33,975 nt of DNA from a virus (lineage: Duplodnaviria > Caudoviricetes): the IMG/VR virus record IMGVR_UViG_3300030708_001462, positions 1-33,975 of that record. One strand, given 5' to 3'. Every line of letters starts with the position of its first letter. Within the stretch, counting starts at the first letter, position 1. This document shows, piece by piece, positions 27,309 to 33,502 of this stretch. The notes beneath the pieces are model-generated. The model saw nothing but the letters and a program-made list of their open reading frames with translations, searched no databases and was not told the DNA's origin. The position numbers and the translations under genes are program-made.

Positions 27309-27512
27309 AACCCGCCTAACGATAAGTTTCGTTTGTTTCGTTTTGCGCTGTTCGGAGGTTTGGCGAAACACAATCTGGTTTCGGTGTTTCACCTTGCGCG
27401 TCCCGTGGGTTTGGCGAAACATGATTCTGTTGCGGTGTTGCGCTGTGAGTGATTCGGGGACTTGGCGAAACATCATTTCTGTTTTGGCGTTTCGGTTTCG
27501 TCTTGTTTCGAT
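27309..27512. repeat. Degenerate 51-bp tandem repeat (three units plus a partial one)
   Basis: TTGGCGAAACA at 27360, 27411 and 27462, each followed by a GTT(T/G)CGG/TGTTTC-like segment. Confidence 0.8.
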
Positions 27513-27781
27513 GTGTCAAGCCATGAAACAACCGACGCAATGTCTGTTTCGGCGGGGGCCTTCAATACGCTGTCCACCTCCCTCTGATGAAGTAGACTGA
27601 CAAACCGCGACAAGTCAGTACCGCTGAATGTTTCGGTTTTTCCTGTGGTCTTTATCTCATGCTGTGAAAGTTGGATGTAAGCCCAAAGTAACCCGGTTAT
27701 AGATTCAGCACGGATACATTTAGCGATTTGGTTATGTGGCTTATTTAGTTGGTTTCGTTTTGTGTTGTTTTGTTTCGTCAT
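27473..27781 (-). CDS. Hypothetical protein, candidate terminase small subunit
   Basis: 102-aa helical ORF, the nearest credible gene upstream of terL. Function is inferred from position only. Confidence 0.45.
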   Translation of the reverse strand: MTKQNNTKRNQLNKPHNQIAKCIRAESITGLLWAYIQLSQHEIKTTGKTETFSGTDLSRFVSLLHQREVDSVLKAPAETDIASVVSWLDTSKQDETETPKQK

Positions 27782-27842
27782 GTGTCACTTTCCCGTGGGT
27801 ATGATTGTTTTGTTTTCGTTTCGGTTCTATATCATTATACAC

Positions 27843-27875
27843 AAAAAACCAACACACTTTGACATGTGTTGGTTT
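27843..27875 (-). terminator. Intrinsic terminator of the leftward Gp88-like operon
   Basis: AAACCAACACA / TGTGTTGGTTT 11-bp stem with a T run on the minus strand. Confidence 0.65.
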
Positions 27876-27902
27876 CGTTTTGTTGTTGTTGTTGGGTCTG
27901 AG

Positions 27903-27968
27903 TTAACACTTAACACATTGTAAAAGTATCAAAACAAAAATCCAAAACTGTAATGTTTTACTATTCAT
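27903..27968 (-). CDS. Possible 21-aa hydrophobic peptide
   Basis: MNSKTLQFWIFVLILLQCVKC; ATGA overlap with the preceding ORF and an AAGGTGG RBS. Confidence 0.35.
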   Translation of the reverse strand: MNSKTLQFWIFVLILLQCVKC

Positions 27969-28072
27969 GTTAACCACCTTACAATCATAGGCATATACGC
28001 AACACAGAAAAGAAACATACACACAAAGACCATGAAGATAATAGCCAAATCCAAATTACTATCTTGATTCAT
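27965..28072 (-). CDS. 35-aa single-TM peptide
   Basis: MNQDSNLDLAIIFMVFVCMFLFCVAYMPMIVRWLT; strong AGGAGGT RBS. Confidence 0.6.
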   Translation of the reverse strand: MNQDSNLDLAIIFMVFVCMFLFCVAYMPMIVRWLT

Positions 28073-28083
28073 TATACACCTCC

Positions 28084-28269
28084 TTAACCGGCTAACATCT
28101 TATTATTAATCAAATTGGCCACCTCAGAAGGAGACATGTAAGTATACACAATCGGGCCTGTGACCACAAAAATACAAGTATACTTGTTAGAGATGTGCCT
28201 CTCTACCTTATACACTTTATGAACATTTATCCATACAATATTGTTAGACGTGTTAACTATCTCAATCAT
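28084..28269 (-). CDS. Small protein with FlbD-like pattern
   Basis: MIEIVNTSNNIVWINVHKVYKVE..TCIFVVTG..SPSEVANLI; GGAGGT RBS and ATGA coupling. Confidence 0.6.
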   Translation of the reverse strand: MIEIVNTSNNIVWINVHKVYKVERHISNKYTCIFVVTGPIVYTYMSPSEVANLINNKMLAG

Positions 28270-29108
28270 CTTGACACCTCCAAACACAAAGCCACAACAG
28301 ATTCATATGACTGGATAAAATCGTCATTTATCTTTTTATCCTTGGCGGTGGCCCGTTTACCTTGTAGTAGTACATACTTGTGTGAATCCAAAGCACGGAT
28401 ATCATGTTGATCACCATCACAAAAAACACCGGGGTAATCATTCAACAACTTGACTTTATCCTTTTTGGTTACAACGATAGCCACACGATCAAATGACGGG
28501 TCTATCTTTTTGGTTGTCTCACTGTATGAGTATGTGAGGTGATAGTTTGACCACGGATTACTAACAACGGGGTATTTTGTATAGTCATAGAAACCGGCCA
28601 GCCCATTGAAGTCCTTGACAATCAAATCCATGTTCAACACCTTGTAAAATGGTAGGTCTGAAGTACCATTGAGACGACAATATAATTCCTTATCATCGAT
28701 AGAGGCCTTGAAGGATTGGAGATACAACGCACGTAGCATATCAATCAAGTATCTCTCAGTATGGTGATACAATGCCAACATACGCAATTCCATTGTTGAC
28801 TGATGGAACATGCCTAACTGACCCGTGAAGGCGATACAGCCCTCCGCACATTTACCCGCAAACTTACAAGTATTAATCCCTGTTACTGTAGTAGCCGGTG
28901 CAAGGTATAGACCCGTTACACCATACTGTTCCACGCCTTCGACTTTATTCCATTTGACGGAACTAGAGAGCACGGCGCGGGCCTTACCAGTTGATGACAT
29001 AGTGTAATGCTCATATGGTTTAGGGTCTGAGACGGTTGTTTTTGTATCGGTCATTGACAGTTTGAACGCCGGTATATTTTCGACGATAATGTATTTTTTA
29101 AAATCCAT
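28266..29108 (-). CDS. Gp88-like phage protein with three-Cys cluster (possible Fe-S / radical-SAM-like)
   Basis: LYLAPA..NTCKFAGKCAEGC, RLNGTSD, FYDYTK, NYHLTYSYSE and DGDQHDIR motifs. Family name is from memory. Confidence 0.65.
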   Translation of the reverse strand: MDFKKYIIVENIPAFKLSMTDTKTTVSDPKPYEHYTMSSTGKARAVLSSSVKWNKVEGVEQYGVTGLYLAPATTVTGINTCKFAGKCAEGCIAFTGQLGMFHQSTMELRMLALYHHTERYLIDMLRALYLQSFKASIDDKELYCRLNGTSDLPFYKVLNMDLIVKDFNGLAGFYDYTKYPVVSNPWSNYHLTYSYSETTKKIDPSFDRVAIVVTKKDKVKLLNDYPGVFCDGDQHDIRALDSHKYVLLQGKRATAKDKKINDDFIQSYESVVALCLEVSR

Positions 29109-29163
29109 GATATTCCTCTAGGATGGTAGGTTGATTGCATGAATACATTGTATCCATAGTATT

Positions 29164-29191
29164 ATTATATAGATTTATTTCTACATGTCAA
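29164..29191 (-). promoter_or_regulatory. Leftward sigma70 promoter with operator-like box
   Basis: Minus strand TTGACA, 16-nt spacer, TATAAT. The spacer contains TAGATTTATTTCTA (29170-29183). Confidence 0.75.
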
Positions 29192-29400
29192 GGCAAAAAA
29201 TCATTTTGATGTAAAAAAATACAAATGTAATTCCACATGCTACAACGTCGATAGCAGCGGGCCCGCAAAAAATACCCGTGTGCATTGAATCCGCTACTCA
29301 TCCGATAGTATGGGAGGCATAGCCGATATGGGCTGGGTTCAGAGGTCATGGAGGGGGGTGGTGGTGGCCCGAACACCCCGTGAGCATGGGGGTTGTGTCC

Positions 29401-29429
29401 TACATTGGAGCGTGTTTACATTGGAGCGT
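29401..29429. repeat. 13-bp direct repeat
   Basis: TACATTGGAGCGT at 29401 and 29417. Confidence 0.8.
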
Positions 29430-29486
29430 TTTAGTGTATATGGTAGTGCTGTTGTTGGTCTATAGAAAAGTTTTTTATCTTTTTTC

Positions 29487-29515
29487 TTGACACTCTAGAT
29501 TTATTTCTATATACT
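29487..29515 (+). promoter_or_regulatory. Rightward early sigma70 promoter with operator-like box
   Basis: TTGACA, 17-nt spacer, TATACT, with a T-rich upstream element. The spacer contains TAGATTTATTTCTA (29496-29509). Confidence 0.85.
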
Positions 29516-29568
29516 GTATACAGATGGTTCAACTATCTACAAACCTATCAACCAATATGGAGTAAACC

Positions 29569-29838
29569 ATGACTATCTACGTGATTACCTATTTATACAG
29601 ACGCAACTACGGTGACCCCAGTTGTCAAGTATTCACCAACCTACACGAAGCCCAAGCATTTGCACTGGAGTTGCTACAAGAACTCAACGTAACTGATGAG
29701 GAGATTGCAGATGCAGAGCGTGGTTGTAATGGTCCGCTTTGGGACCGTGACCACTGGTGGCTGTACACCTCATCTAGACGCGAAGAGGACATCTACGTAT
29801 CATTTGAAACTAGAACCATCAACCTACCAACGGAGTAA
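29569..29838 (+). CDS. Early hypothetical protein
   Basis: GGAGTAAACC-ATG leader; first gene after the promoter. Confidence 0.8.
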   Translation: MTIYVITYLYRRNYGDPSCQVFTNLHEAQAFALELLQELNVTDEEIADAERGCNGPLWDRDHWWLYTSSRREEDIYVSFETRTINLPTE

Positions 29839-29841
29839 ACC

Positions 29842-30081
29842 ATGTACTACACCATACACTCTGACAAACTCAACTGCAATGTAGAATTTGACCTCGATGA
29901 AGGTGGCTATCTGTGGGTACGCATTGGCAACCAACCACGTCGACAAGCATGTTCATTCGCAGATCCGGAAAGTATCTGCATCTACATGTCATTTAGTAGA
30001 TATACCACTGAAGATGAGCGTGAACGTCAATTTCATTCGGAGTGCGACCGCTGGTATCGCTACTTCATCAAAAACCAATAA
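29842..30081 (+). CDS. Early hypothetical protein, paralog of 30359..30607
   Basis: GGAGTAAACC-ATG leader; shares MYYTxHS, DEGGYL, QAC and CDRWYR blocks. Confidence 0.85.
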   Translation: MYYTIHSDKLNCNVEFDLDEGGYLWVRIGNQPRRQACSFADPESICIYMSFSRYTTEDERERQFHSECDRWYRYFIKNQ

Positions 30082-30100
30082 CCTACCTCAGGAGTAGACC

Positions 30101-30355
30101 ATGCACACATACAGATACGACTTTTCCTATTACATGCACCACTCTGATGAGTACGACACCATTGCCAACTACATTTGGGAGATGGGGCGTGATGAACTTG
30201 AGTTCCAAGCAATCTATAATCACGAATGGAGTTTCGGTGAACTCAAATATAGAGCAGATGTAATCATTCATGACATTTGGGTCATCGACTATTCTACCAA
30301 AGACGGTGAGTTAAACGCACTCATTGAAGTAACCTACGAAATCACAAAGAGGTAA
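30101..30355 (+). CDS. Early acidic hypothetical protein
   Basis: GGAGTAGACC-ATG leader. Confidence 0.8.
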   Translation: MHTYRYDFSYYMHHSDEYDTIANYIWEMGRDELEFQAIYNHEWSFGELKYRADVIIHDIWVIDYSTKDGELNALIEVTYEITKR

Positions 30356-30358
30356 ACC

Positions 30359-30607
30359 ATGTACTACACTAAACACTCACGCAAACTCAGATGCGATGTA
30401 ACATTCTTTGTACCCGATGAAGGCGGCTATCTCTATGTGGAGATTGGAGACCGGCCACGTCAACAGGCATGTGATGGAGGCTATACAACTGGAGCGACTA
30501 TCTATGTTTTGTACATGCATGCCAGTGCTGGCAGTTTCAGACGTTATTTTCAACAAGTGTGCGACCGCTGGTATCGCTCATTCATCAAAGACCACACCGG
30601 TTACTAA
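30359..30607 (+). CDS. Early hypothetical protein, paralog of 29842..30081
   Basis: GAGGTAAACC-ATG leader; same conserved blocks. Confidence 0.85.
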   Translation: MYYTKHSRKLRCDVTFFVPDEGGYLYVEIGDRPRQQACDGGYTTGATIYVLYMHASAGSFRRYFQQVCDRWYRSFIKDHTGY

Positions 30608-30617
30608 GGAGTAAACC

Positions 30618-30785
30618 ATGAACAAGATTGTACTTGTAACATACGAAAGCGGAATGATTCGCTGGTTTCCGTATTCTATCGAAACCCTTGAAACACTGTC
30701 ATGCGAATGTCAGTGGATTGAGGACATTCAGATCATAGAGTGTGGAAATGACAACACCCAAATCATCATCACCAAAACAATATAG
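30618..30785 (+). CDS. Early hypothetical protein (55 aa), not in ORF track
   Basis: GGAGTAAACC-ATG leader; MNKIVLVTYESGMIRWFPYSIETLETLSCECQWIEDIQIIECGNDNTQIIITKTI. Confidence 0.7.
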   Translation: MNKIVLVTYESGMIRWFPYSIETLETLSCECQWIEDIQIIECGNDNTQIIITKTI

Positions 30786-30794
30786 AGGCCTATC

Positions 30795-31232
30795 ATGAAC
30801 AACAACCAACCAACCAACGGAGCACACCAAATGAGTGTATTCAAAAAACTACTTGACGTTCACGTATTCATTTCCAACAACCCCAACGACAAGACGATGC
30901 CACTGTATTTCAATCCACAGAATGGCAACGGCTACTACTACACTGAGATTGACAACAACGGTGAGACATGGAACTACTGTCCGGTCTGTGCATTGGATTG
31001 TCTCTCTATCATTGACAGCCCGTATGAGTGCCATGAGGTATCAGATGATAGCCAGTCTGTATGTTGTGACAACTGCCCACAGGTCATTGAGACAGGGAGC
31101 GTCAATGAGTATTACCAGCACGCAGGCACGTTCAGAATCCCATGTGATGGTTCTATGAAGGTGTTCCTAGATGTGATGTGTTGTTGGACGTACGATGTTA
31201 CCACAGTTGAGTATCTGGTAGGTGAGCAATGA
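30795..31232 (+). CDS. Cys-rich, probably zinc-binding hypothetical protein
   Basis: CPVC and CDNC pairs. An alternative start is ATG 30831, after GGAG. Confidence 0.7.
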   Translation: MNNNQPTNGAHQMSVFKKLLDVHVFISNNPNDKTMPLYFNPQNGNGYYYTEIDNNGETWNYCPVCALDCLSIIDSPYECHEVSDDSQSVCCDNCPQVIETGSVNEYYQHAGTFRIPCDGSMKVFLDVMCCWTYDVTTVEYLVGEQ

Positions 31233-31975
31233 TTCTATTGACACTGATTCAATCCAAGCAAAAGACTCTGGTTAACCTATCGACAATGCTCTACACTGCA
31301 CCAAACAAGTTGGGCACGGAGATTGTATTCAAGGATGGCGGAAGGGTCGCTGTCACCGAAGATGCAGAAGAGATTCTCAGACTGCATCAAGTTTGGCATG
31401 GTTCTTGCACTAATATATTAGTATCTAATAGTACTAATATAGCAGAACCAAAAGAAACTACCCCTATTACCACCAACACTAAAAGTACTAAAAATATTAG
31501 TGCTGGTGTTGTTGGGGATGGTAATGTTCTCTTAATCAACAACATGCCTATCCCTGTTGACCCATCTACCAAACCACAACTGTTCGACTACTGCAAAACC
31601 AATGAACCACTGCTAAACTTGCTTGGCTATTGGATGAAACTCTACGAAGAGCAAGGGCGGCAACTGACTATGGTCAGTGCACTCGATTTGGGTACGCTGT
31701 CCAAAGTGGTTAGAACTGGAGCGATTGAGAAGGCTATGGCTGTATTCGACTGGGTATTCAAGGCTGACCACTACCGTGCCAACTATCTACGTGGCAAAGG
31801 CATGGTCAATCCTGCCGTGGTGGTGTCCACAAAGACGCTGGACAAAAACTATGCGTACTCACAGGAGCAACCCTTGCCACCATTGCCAAAGAGCGTTCAG
31901 AAGCGTTCTACGGCTATCAGTCCAGACGACTTCGACGACAACGGCAACTTCATTGTTGGAGGTAACAATGGCTAA
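31229..31975 (+). CDS. Putative replication initiator / replisome organizer
   Basis: Two domains joined by an N/T/K-rich linker whose DNA is an AT-rich repeat cluster; directly upstream of a loader-like gene. Function is inferred. Confidence 0.45.
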   Translation: MILLTLIQSKQKTLVNLSTMLYTAPNKLGTEIVFKDGGRVAVTEDAEEILRLHQVWHGSCTNILVSNSTNIAEPKETTPITTNTKSTKNISAGVVGDGNVLLINNMPIPVDPSTKPQLFDYCKTNEPLLNLLGYWMKLYEEQGRQLTMVSALDLGTLSKVVRTGAIEKAMAVFDWVFKADHYRANYLRGKGMVNPAVVVSTKTLDKNYAYSQEQPLPPLPKSVQKRSTAISPDDFDDNGNFIVGGNNG

Positions 31976-32702
31976 TGCACACATGGTAAACATTGCACTA
32001 GATATGTTTGCAGCGACGTTCAACAAAAAAGAGGAATGGAAGGCTCAGGTGTACCCAGTGTGGGACGCAGGTCTGGAGCGGGTTAAGGACGTTCACCTTC
32101 ACAAGGCCGTGCTCAACGTATGCATGAAGAAACACCAGTACCCTCCAACTCTAGGACATGTCCTAGAGGAGGTCAGGGAGGTGATTCGTGAACTAGGCGG
32201 TACTGGTATGGAACTCAAGGAGTACAAGTTTTGCGATGACTGCGTGCAGCGTGAAGGCATCCGTGAGATTAGTGCGCACTTCATAATCCTGGCTGACAAA
32301 CGATTCAAGGTGCACCGGTGTGTAGCCAGATGCACCTGTGCTGGAGCGACCTCCAAGTACCCTCAGATGGGAGATTGGAATAGTCTGTACGTCAAGATGC
32401 AGCACGACGCCCGTATCACACTCAAGGTCTGGCACATGACTGATGGCAAACTGCCTGTGCTGACCATGAAACAACGTGAGCCACACCACTACGAACGTAT
32501 GCTGCGGGTTCAAAAGGAGCGTGCGCTCCAAGGCAAACCTAACCCATACATGGATGTGGCAAAAACTATGATTGACGGAAGGTACGTTCCGCCCGACGTA
32601 AACCCAATGCCGATGCCAGCAACCATTGACAAACCTACGACAATACACTACAATACTTTTCATGCAGAGACAGACATCGACCCCGATGACTGCATCTGGT
32701 AA
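31968..32702 (+). CDS. Putative helicase loader/inhibitor-like replication protein with Cys motifs
   Basis: GGAGG before ATG 31968. W..GL..V....LHKAV......YPPTLGHV pattern, then CDDC and RCTC. Confidence 0.5.
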   Translation: MANAHMVNIALDMFAATFNKKEEWKAQVYPVWDAGLERVKDVHLHKAVLNVCMKKHQYPPTLGHVLEEVREVIRELGGTGMELKEYKFCDDCVQREGIREISAHFIILADKRFKVHRCVARCTCAGATSKYPQMGDWNSLYVKMQHDARITLKVWHMTDGKLPVLTMKQREPHHYERMLRVQKERALQGKPNPYMDVAKTMIDGRYVPPDVNPMPMPATIDKPTTIHYNTFHAETDIDPDDCIW

Positions 32703-32730
32703 CCTACCACCAACAACACTGGAGTACACC

Positions 32731-33216
32731 ATGTTCTTTCTAGAACAACTACAACACGTCATTGATAAAGTCAAGGACAACGCAACCAAAGCAACCCTTC
32801 AGAAGGCGCACACCATCTTGGTCGCCATCGATGCACTGCACCCAATCAACGATATGATTGAGGAGTGGTACAGTGAGCAGACGCCCAAGACTGGAACACC
32901 GTACGCTGAACAGTGGCGCAAGTTGCAACAACAAATGGATTCCTACCGCAACGAACTGGAGCGCCTTGGATGGCTACACTGTCCCGAAACCACCCCGCCG
33001 AACTTCAATGGGGAGCGTGGTTGGATGCACCCGTTCTACTGTCAGCGTGGACACCACCACATCCTGTACATCTCAAACGATGTCAATGACATTGCATACC
33101 TGGATGTGACACTGTATCAGGACAACGAAATGAAGTACCATGAGAACACATCCGTAGGCGGTCTTATGGACTGGATGGATGGAGCGTTAGGAGAGAACCA
33201 TGCCGACCATGACTGA
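32731..33216 (+). CDS. Hypothetical protein
   Basis: GGAGTACACC-ATG leader at 32721-32733. Confidence 0.75.
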   Translation: MFFLEQLQHVIDKVKDNATKATLQKAHTILVAIDALHPINDMIEEWYSEQTPKTGTPYAEQWRKLQQQMDSYRNELERLGWLHCPETTPPNFNGERGWMHPFYCQRGHHHILYISNDVNDIAYLDVTLYQDNEMKYHENTSVGGLMDWMDGALGENHADHD

Positions 33217-33502
33217 AACCATTGAAGAGATTGTGGAACTGTGGAGACTCAAAGGTTTGTTCGATGACGACCGTGTGGAGAACGTTCAGAAAGAACTGAA
33301 AACCAACATGCTGCCTGATGGTAGCATGGTTGGTCACACACCACGATGGACCTGTGTGATTGATACAAACGGATACACATGCTCTTGCCCAGACCATCAA
33401 TACCGTGGCAGCAAATGCAAGCACCTTGGCGCTTTGGCAAAGTCGATCAAGGATAGTTGGGACAAGGAGTTTCCAAAGGAGGATGGCAATGAAGATGGGT
33501 AG
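33200..33502 (+). CDS. SWIM zinc-finger protein
   Basis: YTCSCPDHQYRGSKCKH matches the CxC-xn-CxH SWIM signature. Confidence 0.85.
   Translation: MPTMTETIEEIVELWRLKGLFDDDRVENVQKELKTNMLPDGSMVGHTPRWTCVIDTNGYTCSCPDHQYRGSKCKHLGALAKSIKDSWDKEFPKEDGNEDG

Noticed and set aside
27360-27512. CRISPR mini-array
   Set aside because: Only 11 bp are strictly conserved, the intervening parts resemble one another instead of being unique spacers, and no cas genes are present.
27316-27540. 74-aa ORF with 17-aa VSPxPR repeats
   Set aside because: Explained by the 51-bp DNA repeat. It overlaps the 27473..27781 gene, and the same repeat appears in a different frame there (ETPK).
27832-28079. GTGTATAATGA 11-mer twice on the minus strand as a promoter class
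   Set aside because: One copy is simply an RBS spacer plus start codon, and the other lacks a -35 element. Two copies are too few to support a motif.
29842-30607. Diversity-generating retroelement template/variable repeat pair
   Set aside because: No reverse transcriptase gene, differences are not adenine-specific, and both copies are intact genes.
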